64,000 bases of DNA, from positions 228,718,001 through 228,782,000 of the forward strand of contig OZ024740.1 in assembly GCA_964016885.1 (NCBI GenBank), read 5' to 3'. A model generated the notes under the pieces. That model saw only the letters and a program-made list of their open reading frames with translations, searched no databases and was not told the DNA's origin. The stretch's first letter is position 1, and the number at the start of each line of letters is the position of its first letter. Origin of the DNA: Eledone cirrhosa (taxonomy: Eukaryota). Position numbers and translations under genes: made by a program. Of the stretch, positions 14,836 to 28,150 are shown piece by piece.

Positions 14836-15146
14836 GTCTTAGTGTTAAGATCATAATGGTAAGGTCATGAGTTCGATTCCCAGCGACACATTGTATTATT
14901 GAACAAGATACTTTATTTCACGTTGCACCACCAGTTTGTTCAGCTAGCAAACATGACTTGTAACTATAATTCAAATAGCCAGCTTTGTCACACACTGTAT
15001 GACGCTGGATCTTCCTGAGAACTACATTTAGAATGCACGTGTCTATGGAGTGCTCAGCCATGTACACGTTAATTTCATGAACAGGTTGTCCCGTGGTTAG
15101 AACAACTGCAACACATGTCGTCCGAACTGACAGAAGTGCAACAACA
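14836..15146 (+). mobile_element. tRNA-derived SINE, family B
   Basis: B-box-like GAGTTCGATTCC followed by GAACAAGATACTTTATTTCACGTTGC core; related copies at 48.1, 48.7, 59.3 and 63.0 kb. Confidence 0.75.
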
Positions 15147-15614
15147 ATTGCAGTAAAAAAAATATAAATATACTTCAAGAAGAAGAATTTGTTTACATAA
15201 TCATACAAAATCTACAAGACTTTCCGACGCCTTTATAACGATAACTATGTAGCTGCGATATATATATATACATAAATAAGACTGCTATTGTTCCAATCTG
15301 TCCACAAAACACCGAGCAAACACTCTAAACCAAACGCCAACCTGTACTCACGACACGTGCTAAACCAACCCACGACACATCCTCGAAATTCGGCAAACCG
15401 AGCGCGGACCGTCCACCTTCACAAACCCGACAAACCGAACACGTACCGCAATAGCCAACAAACAGCCAAGATAGGCGTTATCAAGCTATACTTGTCATAT
15501 TGCGTGGTGTCTATATAATAAAGCTAATATTACTATTTTTATCGAGGATCACAGACTAAAGTACAGGCAGCCAATCAAAATACATGTATATTATACATGT
15601 ACAAACGTAGTCCG

Positions 15615-15916
15615 GTTGATTACCAGAATCGGTAGACGCTCGGACGCCATGTTTTGTGGCATACATTTGCGGCATTCTACGTTCTGAGTTCAAATCCTGC
15701 CGAGGTTAGCTTTGTTTTTCATCCTTACGGGGTCGATAAAATAAAGCACCAATAATGCACTGGAGTCAATTTAATCGACTTTCCCCTCCCCCCAAATTGC
15801 TGGCATTGTGTCTATTATTACTTTTGAGGGTGTTGGATTGGCAGAATGTTTTGCGGCATTTAGTTAAGTTCCTTTACGTTCTGAGTTCAAATCACGCCGA
15901 GGTTAGCTTTGTTTTT
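15615..15916 (+). mobile_element. tRNA-derived SINE family A, one full and one partial copy
   Basis: TTCTGAGTTCAAAT..GCCGAGGTTAGCTTTG occurs twice; CATCCTTACGGGGTCGATAAAATAAAG core. Confidence 0.85.
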
Positions 15917-16750
15917 GGTGGTGTTTATAGTGTTGGTGGTAGTTGTGGTAGTGGTATTGGTGATAGTTAGTAGTGGTGATGGTGGTGTTGGTAGTTGTAG
16001 TGGTGCTGATGGTAGTGGTTTTTGTGGTGTTGGTTCACGGTAGTGGTGATGCTGGTGGTTTTGATGATATTGGTGATTGTAGAAAAGCATGATAACGGAA
16101 GGAGTTGGAGTTCTCTCATTTACATTAGATGTGGTTTTGTACGGAACAGGACGTTGAGAGTTTTACAGTTTTTTTTTTTTAATAACGGTTTCTGATTTAG
16201 GCACAAGGCCAGCCATTTCTGGGGAGAGGAAATGAACCCCCAGTGCAGTGGAACTTTTAGAAGAGACTTAAATGTTTGCAAAATAACTTGCACGCTAGAT
16301 TACACAGAAACATCTATAAATATATCCTATTATGAGTTACCTCCCTTGGCGCCTCAAGGGTAAACAATCTACGATCTCCGTGTGTAACGAACTCCATTAG
16401 TGTTTAAGTGTTTCAGATAATTAGCTTACAACTCAAGTCACGCACATATGCATGTTTGACAGTTCCTAGCCCCAAAAATTCTGAATTGCCTTCCTTGTTC
16501 CTGAAAAGAAGCTCTCCACTGTATTAAAACCACATTTTGTGGGCTAACCGTTTTTTTTTTTCTTTTTTTTTTTTTTTCGTAATTTTGTCCTGTTGACCAA
16601 TTAGAGGCCAGTATTGAAACTGCTCCTCCACTATACAGTGTTGGACACAACTAGACCCCCGAAATTTAAAGTCGTGCATACATGTTAAGTGTATGAAATT
16701 TTAATTATACTAAATAAGGTCCGTTGGAATAGATTGAGCATTTTATCTAC

Positions 16751-16795
<45 letters not shown>

Positions 16796-16817
16796 ACATA
16801 TATATATGTATATATGT

Positions 16818-16879
<62 letters not shown>

Positions 16880-16901
16880 ACATATATATATGTATATATG
16901 T

Positions 16902-16939
<38 letters not shown>

Positions 16940-16961
16940 ACATATATATATGTATATATGT

Positions 16962-17022
<61 letters not shown>
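16751..17022. repeat. (TA)n with three copies of a near-palindromic TTGTACA...TGTACAA unit
   Basis: Direct reading. Confidence 0.9.
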
Positions 17023-17025
<3 letters not shown>

Positions 17026-17132
17026 GAAAAATTGAACGGGAACAAAACAGAGAGGCAGTACAACAAATGTTTATTAATTTCACGCTCTTGAGAGTGAGGT
17101 AGTGGTGGGGATATATATATATATATATATAT

Positions 17133-17310
17133 ATTAAAATATAAGTATTAATAAAATAGATGTTCTTTTGATCATTTTATTTTATTAATATTTATATTTT
17201 AATATTAATAAATCCAGAACATTTTTTTTTTTTTTTTAACTGTTGAGTGCTTACAATCTACTGTAAAACTCATTCTTTGACATAATCATTGAATATTGTT
17301 TAACACTTTA
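17133..17310 (+). mobile_element. Short fold-back + tail element, same family as 53562-53808
   Basis: Shares ATTAATAAAATAGATGTTCTT arm and CAATCTACTGTAAAACTCATTCTTTGA tail; flanked by TA runs. Confidence 0.7.
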
Positions 17311-17317
17311 ATATATG

Positions 17318-17413
<96 letters not shown>

Positions 17414-17643
17414 AAATAACAAAGCAAACGACACACTATAATGAAATACATTAGTTTAACACTAGTCCTTCACCAGAAAATGGAATGAGAAATAAAAGAT
17501 GAAATAGGAAGATAAAGAGTGACAAGAGGAAGGGACGGGGGAAAAAAAAATTGAGAAAAAAAATCAGATGTGCGTAGTCAGTCAGCCATTTTGACACACA
17601 CACACACACACTCTCACACACACACTCTCACACACACACACAT

Positions 17644-17716
<73 letters not shown>

Positions 17717-17959
17717 CAAACACACGTGGGGCATTATTATAGTTGATTTCAACAATCGTTTTTATTTCCAATCTATCCTTGAAGACCGTTGGGTAAGATT
17801 TAAGTCAGATTTTGGTTGCTATTGTAGCAGATTGAGTGAGGATGTGAAGCTCGTTCAGGACTTGGTTATAGTGTGCTAGTGTGGTGGTCTTGTTATGGAA
17901 GTTATGAAGATTGTGGTTGCTGCTCTTGTTGTTTAGCTCTAGATAAGACCTAATCATTA

Positions 17960-18090
17960 TGGCGGCCAATCGGCAGAGTTGTTGGAACGTCGGATAGAAT
18001 GCTTTATGATATTCACTCCGACTCTCTGCTCTCTGAGTTCAAATCCCGCCGAGGTCAACTTTGTCTTTCATCTATTCAAGGTCGATAAAC
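17960..18090 (+). mobile_element. SINE family A, partial
   Basis: CTGAGTTCAAATCCCGCCGAGGTCAACTTTG..GGTCGATAAA. Confidence 0.8.
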
Positions 18091-18414
18091 AAAAAGAAAC
18101 AGTCTTGAACCGGGTTGATTCTTCCTCTATATATCTTTCTCACTTCCTTTCTCTTACTCGCTATCCTTCTCTGGAAGAATCTATTGTATTCAGGCTTGGG
18201 GAGGAATAGGCTCCGCCAGGTTTAAAAATACCCGAGAAACGTCGTATGTCACCATGGCGTCCCTACGACTCCATCAGGAGTTACGGGACCATACCATACC
18301 ATACCAAGACCTGATCAAGTAAGCCTATGATCAAAACCTATGACCAAAGGCTTTCCAGCCGTAATCTTCATTTTTTTTTTACCATCTGCAAGGAACCCAC
18401 GGCAACATTATTTA

Positions 18415-18591
18415 AGGTGGATTGGCAGTATCGGTAGAGGGTCGGATGCCATGCTTTGACGTATAGAGTTACGGCCCTTGCCATTCTGAGTTCAAATCCC
18501 GCCGAGGTTAACTTTGCCTTTCATCCTTACGGGGTCGATAAAATAAAGTACCAGTAATACTCTGGCCTTGTGCCAAAAGTAGAAACAATTA
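18415..18591 (+). mobile_element. SINE family A
   Basis: Close match to the reverse complement of 46476-46662. Confidence 0.9.
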
Positions 18592-21500
18592 TTTAAATTG
18601 TTCTTTTATTAAGACGATAGGGTGCGATTTACTACTATTTCTAGCTGGTCGTACGACTACGTAGAAGGTCCCCTCGTTGGCTTGAGATGTTGGGGCTGTT
18701 CCTATTATGACAGTCGTGTTGGTGATTAAACTTGTGGCTACGGGGATAATGTCAATGTTGGTGGTGGTATCGGTGGTGGTAGTGGTAGTGACGGTGAAGG
18801 TGTTGGTGGTGGTCGTAATGGTGTTAGTGGTGGTATTGTTGGTGATGGTGGTGGTGATGGTGGTGGTAATGGTAGTGACGGTGAAGGTGTTGGTGGTGGT
18901 GGTGGTGCTGTTGTTGACAGTGGTGTTGGTGGTGGTATCGGTGGTGGTAGTGGTAGTGACGGTGAAGGTGTTGGTGTTGGTGGTGGTGGTGGCAGTGGTA
19001 GTGGTAGTGATGGTGTTGGTGGTGGTGGTGGTATTGTTGGTGATGGTGGTGGTGCTGTTGTTGACAGTGGTGTTGGTGGTGGTGGTGGTGGTGGCAGTGA
19101 TGGTGAAGATGTTGGTGGTGGTATTGTTGGTGATGGTGGTGGTGCTGTTGTTGACAGTGGTGTTGGTGGTGGTGGTGGTGGTGGCAGTGATGGTGAAGAT
19201 GTTGGTGGTGGTATTGTTGGTGATGGTGGTGGTGGTGTTGTTGACAGTGGCGTTGGTGGTGGTAATGGTGGTGGTGGTGGTGGTGACGGTGAAGGTGGTG
19301 GTGGTGGTGGTAATGGTGTTGGTGGTGGTATTGTTGGTGGTGGTGGTGCTGTTGTTGACAGTGGTGGTATTGGTGGTGGTAGTGGTAGTGATGGTGACGG
19401 TGAAGGTGTTGGTGGTGGTGGTAGTGGTGTTGGTGGTGGTATTGTTGGCGGTGGTGGTGGTGCTGTTGTTGACAGTGGTGTTGGTGGTATTGGTGGTGGT
19501 GGTGGTAGTGATGGTGAAGGTGGTGGTGGTGGTAGTATTGGTGTTGGTGGTGGTGTTGTTGACAGTGGTGTTAGTGGTGGTGATGGTGGTGGTGGTAGTG
19601 ACGGTGAAGGTGTTGGTGGTGGTATTGTTGGTGGTGGTGGTGGTGGTGTTGTTGACAGTGGTGTTGGTGGTGGTGGTGGTGGTGGTGGTAGTAGTGGTAG
19701 TGACGGTGAAGGTATTGGTGGTGGTAGTATTGGTGTTGGTGGTGGTGATGGTGGTGGTGGTGGTAGTGGTAGTGACGGTGAAGGTATTGGTGGTGGTAGT
19801 ATTGGTGGTGGTGGTGGTGATGGTGGTGGTGGTGGTAATAACGGTGAAGATGCTGGTGGTGGTAGTACTGGTGTTGGTGGTGGTGGTGTTGGTAGTTGTA
19901 GTATTGGTGTTGGTAGTACTGGTGTTGGTGGTGGTTGTGTTGGTAGTTGTAGTATTGGTGTTGGTAGTACTGGTGTTGGTGGTGGTGGTGTTGGTAGTTG
20001 TAGTATTGGTGTTGGTAGTACTGGTGTTGCTGGTGGTGGTTGTGTTGGTAGTTGTAGTATTGGTGTTGGTAGTACTGGTGTTGGTGGTGGTTGTGTTGGT
20101 AGTTGTAGTATTGGTGTTGGTAGTACTGGTGTTGGTGGTGGTTGTGTTGGTAGTTGTAGTATTGGTGTTGGTAGTACTGGTGTTGGTGGTGGTTGTGTTG
20201 GTAGTTGTAGTATTGGTGTTGGTAGTACTGGTGTTTGTGGTGGTTGTGTTGGTAGTTGTAGTATTGGTGTTGGTAGTACTGGTGTTGGTGGTGGTTGTGT
20301 TGCTGGTTGTAGTATTGGTGTTGGTAGTACTGGTGTTGGTGGTGGTTGTGTTGGTAGTTGTAGTATTGGTGTTGGTAGTACTGGTGTTGGTGGTGGTTGT
20401 GTTGGTAGTTGTAGTATTGGTGTTGGTAGTACTGGTGTTTGTGGTGGTTGTGTTGGTAGTTGTAGTATTGGTGTTGGTAGTACTGGTGTTGCTGGTGGTT
20501 GTGTTGGTAGTTGTAGTATTGGTGTTGGTAGTACTGGTGTTGGTGGTGGTTGTGTTGCTGGTTGTAGTATTGGTGTTGGTAGTACTGGTGTTGGTGGTGG
20601 TGGTGTTGGTAGTTGTAGTATTGGTGCTGGTAGTACTGGTGTTGGTGGTGGTTGTGTTGCTGGTTGTAGTATTGGTGTTGGTAGTACTGGTGTTTGTGGT
20701 GGTTGTGTTGGTAGTTGTAGTATTGGTGTTGGTAGTACTGGTGTTGGTGGTGGTTGTGTTGCTGGTTGTAGTATTGGTGTTGGTAGTACTGGTGTTGGTG
20801 GTGGTGGTGTTGGTGGTTGTAGTATTGGTGTTGGTAGTACTGGTGTTGGTGGTGGTGTTTGTGTTGGTGGTTGTAGTATTGGTGTTGGTAGTACTGGTGT
20901 TGGTGGTGGTTGTGTTGGTGGTTGTAGTATTGGTGTTGGTAGTACTGGTGTTGGTGGTGGTTGTGTTGCTGGTTGTAGTATTGGTGTTGGTAGTACTGGT
21001 GTTGGTGGTGGTTGTGTTGCTGGTTGTAGTATTGGTGTTGGTAGTACTGGTGTTGGTGGTGGTTGTGTTGCTGGTTGTAGTATTGGTGTTGGTAGTACTG
21101 GTGTTGGTGGTGGTTGTGTTGCTGGTTGTAGTATTGGTGTTGGTAGTTCTGGTGTTGGTGGTGGTTGTGTTGCTGGTTGTAGTATTGGTGTTGGTAGTAC
21201 TGGTGTTGGTGGTGGTTGTGTTGCTGGTTGTAGTATTGGTGTTGGTAGTACTGGTGTTGGTGGTGGTGGTTGTGTTGCTGGTTGTAGTATTGGTGTTGGT
21301 AGTACTGGTGTTGGTGGTGGTTGTGTTGCTGGTTGTAGTATTGGTGTTGGTAGTACTGGTGTTGGTGGTGGTTGTGTTGCTGGTTGTAGTATTGGTGTTG
21401 GTAGTACTGGTGTTGGTGGTGGTTGTGTTGCTGGTTGTAGTATTGGTGTTGGTAGTACTGGTGGTGGTGGTGGTGGTGGTTGTGTTGCTGGTTGTAGTAT

Positions 21501-24500
21501 TGGTGTTGGTAGTACTGGTGTTGGTGGTGGTTGTGTTGCTGGTTGTAGTATTGGTGTTGGTAGTACTGGTGTTGGTGGTGGTTGTGTTGCTGGTTGTAGT
21601 ATTGGTGTTGGTAGTACTGGTGTTGGTGGTGGTTGTGTTGCTGGTTGTAGTATTGGTGTTGGTAGTACTGGTGTTGGTGGTGGTGGTTGTGTTGCTGGTT
21701 GTAGTATTGGTGTTGGTAGTACTGGTGTTGGTGGTGGTTGTGTTGCTGGTTGTAGTATTGGTGTTGGTAGTACTGGTGTTGGTGGTGGTTGTGTTGCTGG
21801 TTGTAGTATTGGTGTTGGTAGTACTGGTGTTGGTGGTGGTTGTGTTGCTGGTTGTAGTATTGGTGTTGGTAGTACTGGTGTTGGTGGTGGTGGTTGTGTT
21901 GCTGGTTGTAGTATTGGTGTTGGTAGTACTGGTGTTGGTGGTGGTTGTGTTGCTGGTTGTAGTATTGGTGTTGGTAGTACTGGTGTTGGTGGTGGTTGTG
22001 TTGGTAGTTGTAGTATTGGTGTTGGTAGTACTGGTGTTGGTGGTGGTTGTGTTGGTAGTTGTAGTATTGGTGTTGGTAGTACTGGTGTTGATGGTGGTGG
22101 TGTTGGTAGTTGTAGTATTGGTGTTGGTAGTACTGGTGTTGGTGGTGGTGTTTGTGTTGGTGGTTGTAGTATTGGTGTTGGTAGTACTGGTGTTGGTGGT
22201 GGTTGTGTTGGTAGTTGTAGTATTGGTGTTGGTAGTACTGGTGTTGGTGGTGGTGGTGTTGGTAGTTGTAGTATTGGTGTTGGTAGTATTGTTGTTTGTG
22301 GTGGTTGTGTTGCTGGTTGTAGTATTGGTGTTGGTAGTACTGGTGTTGGTGGTGGTTGTGTTGGTAGTTGTAGTATTGGTGTTGGTAGTACTGGTGTTGG
22401 TGGTGGTGGTGTTGGTAGTTGTAGTATTGGTGTTGGTAGTACTGGTGTTGGTGGTGGTTGTGTTGCTGGTTGTAGTATTGGTGTTGGTAGTACTGGTGTT
22501 GGTGGTGGTTGTGTTGGTAGTTGTAGTATTGGTGTTGGTAGTACTGGTGTTGGTGGTGGTGGTGTTGGTAGTTGTAGTATTGGTGTTGGTAGTACTGGTG
22601 TTGGTGGTGGTTGTGTTGCTGGTTGTAGTATTGGTGTTGGTAGTACTGGTGTTTGTGGTGGTTGTGTTGGTGGTTGTAGTATTGATGTTGGTAGTACTGG
22701 TGTTGGTGGTGGTGGTGTTGGTGGTTGTAGTATTGGTGTTGGTAGTACTGGTGTTGGTGGTGGTGTTTGTGTTGGTGGTTGTAGTATTGGTGTTGGTAGT
22801 ACTGGTGTTTGTGGTGGTGGTGTTGGTAGTTGTAGTATTGGTGTTGGTAGTACTGGTGTTGGTGGTGGTTGTGTTGCTGGTTGTAGTATTGGTGTTGGTA
22901 GTACTGGTGTTGGTGGTGGTTGTGTTACTGGTTGTAGTATTGGTGTTGGTAGTACTGGTGTTGGTGGTGGTGGTGTTGGTGGTTGTAGTATTGGTGTTGG
23001 TAGTACTGGTGTTGGTGGTGGTGTTTGTGTTGGTGGTTGTAGTATTGGTGTTGGTAGTACTGGTGTTTGTGGTGGTGGTGTTGGTAGTTGTAGTATTGGT
23101 GTTGGTAGTACTGGTGTTGGTGGTGGTGGTGTTGGTGGTTGTAGTATTGGTGTTGGTAGTACTGGTGTTGGTGGTGGTGTTTGTGTTGGTGGTTGTAGTA
23201 TTGGTGTTGGTAGTACTGGTGTTTGTGGTGGTGGTGTTGGTAGTTGTAGTATTGGTGTTGGTAGTACTGGTGTTGGTGGTGGTTGTGTTGCTGGTTGTAG
23301 TATTGGTGTTGGTAGTACTGGTGTTGGTGGTGGTTGTATTGGTAGTTGTAGTATTGGTGTTGGTAGTACTGGTGTTGGTGGTGGTGGTGTTGGTAGTTGT
23401 AGTATTGGTGTTGGTAGTACTGGTGTTGGTGGTGGTTGTGTTGCTGGTTGTAGTATTGGTGTTGGTAGTACTGGTGTTGGTGGTGGTTGTGTTGCTGGTT
23501 GTAGTATTGGTGTTGGTAGTACTGGTGTTGGTGGTGGTTGTGTTGGTAGTTGTAGTATTGGTGTTGGTAGTACTGGTGTTGGTGGTGGTTGTGTTGGTGG
23601 TTGTAGTATTGGTGTTGGTAGTACTGGTGTTGCTGGTGGTTGTGTTGGTAGTTGTAGTATTGGTGTTGGTAGTACTGGTGTTGGTGGTGGTGGTTGTGTT
23701 GGTGGTTGTAGTATTGGTGTTGGTAGTACTGGTGTTGGTGGTGGTTGTGTTGGTAGTTGTAGTATTGGTGTTGGTAGTACTGGTGTTGGTGGTGGTGGTG
23801 TTGCTAGTTGTAGTATTGGTGTTGGTAGTACTGGTGTTTGTGGTGGTTGTGTTGGTAGTTGTAGTATTGGTGTTGGTAGTACTGGTGTTGGTGGTGGTTG
23901 TGTTGGTAGTTGTAGTATTGGTGTTGGTAGTACTGGTGTTTGTGGTGGTTGTGTTGGTAGTTGTAGTATTGGTGTTGGTAGTACTGGTGTTGGTGGTGGT
24001 TGTGTTGGTAGTTGTAGTATTGGTGTTGGTAGTACTGGTGCTGGTGGTGGTTGTGTTGCTGGTTGTAGTATTGGTGTTGGTAGTACTGGTGTTGGTGGTG
24101 GTTGTGTTGGTAGTTGTAGTATTGGTGTTGGTAGTACTGGTGTTGGTGGTGGTTGTGTTGGTAGTTGTAGTATTGGTGTTGGTAGTACTGGTGTTGGTGG
24201 TGGTTGTGTTGGTAGTTGTAGTATTGGTGTTAGTAGTACTGGTGTTGGTGGTGGTTGTGTTGGTAGTTGTAGTATTGGTGTTGGTAGTACTGGTGTTGGT
24301 GGTGGTTGTGTTGCTGGTTGTAGTATTGGTGTTGGTAGTACTGGTGTTGGTGGTGGTTGTGTTGCTGGTTGTAGTATTGGTGTTGGTAGTACTGGTGTTG
24401 GTGGTGGTTGTGTTGGTAGTTGTAGTATTGGTGTTGGTAGTACTGGTGTTGGTGGTGGTTGTGTTGGTGGTTGTAGTATTGGTGTTGGTAGTACTGGTGT

Positions 24501-27500
24501 TGGTGGTGGTTGTGTTGGTAGTTGTAGTATTGGTGTTGGTAGTACTGGTGTTGGTGGTGGTGGTGTTGGTAGTACTGATGTTTGTGGTGGTGGTGTTGGT
24601 AGTTGTAGTATTGGTGTTGGTAGTACTGGTGTTGGTGGTGGTTGTGTTGCTGGTTGTAGTATTGGTGTTGGTAGTACTGATGTTGGTGGTGGTTGTGTTG
24701 CTGGTTGTAGTATTGGTGTTGGTAGTACTGGTGTTGGTGGTGGTGGTGTTGGTGGTTGTAGTATTGGTGTTGGTAGTACTGGTGTTGGTGGTGGTTGTGT
24801 TGGTGGTTGTAGTATTGGTGTTGGTAGTACTGGTGTTTGTGGTGGTGGTGTTGGTAGTTGTAGTATTGGTGTTGGTAGTACTGGTGTTGGTGGTGGTGTT
24901 TGTGTTGGTGGTTGTAGTATTGGTGTTGGTAGTACTGGTGTTTGTGGTGGTGGTGTTGGTAGTTGTAGTATTGGTGTTGGTAGTACTGGTGTTGGTGGTG
25001 GTGGTGTTGGTGGTTGTAGTATTGGTGTTGGTAGTACTGGTGTTGGTGGTGGTGTTTGTGTTGGTGGTTGTAGTATTGGTGTTGGTAGTACTGGTGTTTG
25101 TGGTGGTGGTGTTGGTAGTTGTAGTATTGGTGTTGGTAGTACTGGTGTTGGTGGTGGTGTTTGTGTTGGTGGTTGTAGTATTGGTGTTGGTAGTACTGGT
25201 GTTTGTGGTGGTGGTGTTGGTAGTTGTAGTATTGGTGTTGGTAGTACTGGTGTTGGTGGTGGTGGTGTTGGTGGTTGTAGTATTGGTGTTGGTAGTACTG
25301 GTGTTGGTGGTGGTGTTTGTGTTGGTGGTTGTAGTATTGGTGTTGGTAGTACTGGTGTTTGTGGTGGTGGTGTTGGTAGTTGTAGTATTGGTGTTGGTAG
25401 TACTGGTGTTGGTGGTGGTTGTGTTGCTGGTTGTAGTATTGGTGTTGGTAGTACTGGTGTTGGTGGTGGTTGTATTGGTAGTTGTAGTATTGGTGTTGGT
25501 AGTACTGGTGTTGGTGGTGGTGGTGTTGGTAGTTGTAGTATTGGTGTTGGTAGTACTGGTGTTGGTGGTGGTTGTGTTGCTGGTTGTAGTATTGGTGTTG
25601 GTAGTACTGGTGTTGGTGGTGGTTGTGTTGCTGGTTGTAGTATTGGTGTTGGTAGTACTGGTGTTGGTGGTGGTTGTGTTGGTAGTTGTAGTATTGGTGT
25701 TGGTAGTACTGGTGTTGGTGGTGGTTGTGTTGGTGGTTGTAGTATTGGTGTTGGTAGTACTGGTGTTGCTGGTGGTTGTGTTGGTAGTTGTAGTATTGGT
25801 GTTGGTAGTACTGGTGTTGGTGGTGGTGGTTGTGTTGGTGGTTGTAGTATTGGTGTTGGTAGTACTGGTGTTGGTGGTGGTTGTGTTGGTAGTTGTAGTA
25901 TTGGTGTTGGTAGTACTGGTGTTGGTGGTGGTTGTGTTGGTTGTTGTAGTATTGGTGTTGGTAGTACTGGTGTTGGTGGTGGTGGTGTTGCTAGTTGTAG
26001 TATTGGTGTTGGTAGTACTGGTGTTGGTGGTGGTTGTGTTGGTAGTTGTAGTATTGGTGTTGGTAGTACTGGTGTTGGTGGTGGTGGTGTTGCTAGTTGT
26101 AGTATTGGTGTTGGTAGTACTGGTGTTTGTGGTGGTTGTGTTGGTAGTTGTAGTATTGGTGTTAGTAGTACTGGTGTTGGTGGTGGTTGTGTTGGTAGTT
26201 GTAGTATTGGTGTTGGTAGTACTGGTGTTGGTGGTGGTTGTGTTGGTAGTTGTAGTATTGGTGTTGGTAGTACTGGTGTTGGTGGTGGTGGTGTTGCTAG
26301 TTGTAGTATTGGTGTTGGTAGTACTGGTGTTTGTGGTGGTTGTGTTGATAGTTGTAGTATTGGTGTTAGTAGTACTGGTGTTGGTGGTGGTTGTGTTGGT
26401 AGTTGTAGTATTGGTGTTGGTAGTACTGGTGTTGGTGGTGGTTGTGTTGGTAGTTGTAGTATTGGTGTTGGTAGTACTGGTGTTGGTGGTGGTGGTGTTG
26501 CTAGTTGTAGTATTGGTGTTGGTAGTACTGGTGTTTGTGGTGGTTGTGTTGGTAGTTGTAGTATTGGTGTTGGTAGTACTGGTGTTGGTGGTGGTTGTGT
26601 TGCTGGTTGTAGTATTGGTGTTGGTAGTACTGGTGTTGGTGGTGGTTGTGTTGGTAGTTGTAGTATTGGTGTTAGTAGTACTGGTGTTGGTGGTGGTTGT
26701 GTTGGTAGTTGTAGTATTGGTGTTGGTAGTACTGGTGTTGGTGGTGGTTGTGTTGGTGGTGGTTGTGTTGCTGGTTGTAGTATTGGTGTTGGTAGTACTG
26801 GTGTTTGTGGTGGTGGTGTTGGTAGTTGTAGTATTGGTGTTGGTAGTACTGGTGTTGGTGGTGGTTGTGTTGCTGGTTGTAGTATTGGTGTTGGTAGTAC
26901 TGGTGTTGGTGGTGGTTGTGTTGCTGGTTGTAGTATTGGTGTTGGTAGTACTGGTGTTTGTGGTGGTTGTGTTGCTGGTTGTAGTATTGGTGTTGGTAGT
27001 ACTGGTGTTGGTGGTGGTTGTGTTGGTAGTTGTAGTATTGGTGTTGGTAGTACTGGTGTTGGTGGTGGTTGTGTTGGTAGTTGTAGTATTGATGTTGGTA
27101 GTACTGGTGTTGGTGGTGGTTGTGTTGCTGGTTGTAGTATTGGTGTTGGTAGTACTGGTGTTGGTGGTGCTGGTGTTGCTGGTTGTAGTATTGGTGTTGG
27201 TAGTACTGGTGTTGGTGGTGGTTGTGTTGCTGGTTGTAGTATTGGTGTTGGTAGTACTGGTGTTGGTGGTGGTTGTGTTGCTGGTTGTAGTATTGGTGTT
27301 GGTAGTACTGGTGTTGGTGGTGGTTGTGTTGGTAGTTGTAGTATTGGTGTTGGTAGTACTGGTGTTGGTGGTGGTTGTGTTGGTGGTTGTAGTATTGGTG
27401 TTGGTAGTACTGGTGTTGCTGGTGGTGGTGTTGCTGGTTGTAGTATTGGTGTTGGTAGTACTGGTGTTGGTGGTGGTTGTGTTGCTGGTTGTAGTATTGG

Positions 27501-28150
27501 TGTTGGTAGTACTGGTGTTGGTGGTGGTTGTGTTGCTGGTTGTATTATTGGTGTTGGTAGTACTGGTGTTGGTGGTGGTTGTGTTGGTAGTTGTAGTATT
27601 GGTGTTGGTAGTACTGGTGTTTGTGGTGGTTGTGTTGGTAGTTGTAGTATTGGTGTTGGTAGTACTGGTGTTGGTGGTGGTTGTATTGGTAGTTGTAGTA
27701 TTGGTGTTGGTAGTACTGGTGTTGGTGGTGGTGGTGTTGGTAGTTGTAGTATTGGTGTTGGTAGTACTGGTGTTGGTGGTGGTTGTGTTGCTGGTTGTAG
27801 TATTGGTGTTGGTAGTACTGGTGTTGGTGGTGGTTGTGTTGGTGGTTGTAGTATTGGTGTTGGTAGTACTGGTGTTGGTGGTGGTTGTGTTGCTGGTTGT
27901 AGTATTGGTGTTGGTAGTACTGGTGTTGGTGGTGGTTGTGTTGCTGGTTGTAGTATTGGTGTTGGTAGTACTGGTGTTGGTGGTGGTGGTGTTGGTAGTT
28001 GTAGTATTGGTGTTGGTAGTACTGGTGTTGGTGGTGGTTGTGTTGGTAGTTGTAGTATTGGTGTTGGTAGTACTGGTGTTGGTGGTGGTTGTGTTGCTGG
28101 TTGTAGTATTGGTGTTGGTAGTACTGGTGTTGGTGGTGGTTGTGTTGGTA
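18589..28150 (-). CDS. Candidate mucin-like Thr/Asn/Ser-rich coding region (17-aa repeat NTTTTNTSTTNTNTTT[T/S]) with a degenerate TFTV/NTTVNN block and a unique C-terminal end
   Basis: Thr frame kept for ~9.5 kb; common unit variants are synonymous or T/S in this frame; grades into non-repetitive ...NIDIIPVATSLITNTTVIIGTAPTSQANEG... and a stop at 18589. No transcript evidence is available. Confidence 0.45.

Noticed and set aside
15680-15700. GAGTTCAAATCC boxes as tRNA genes (also 18035, 18488, 48126)
   Set aside because: SINE heads without a cloverleaf, followed by SINE body sequence
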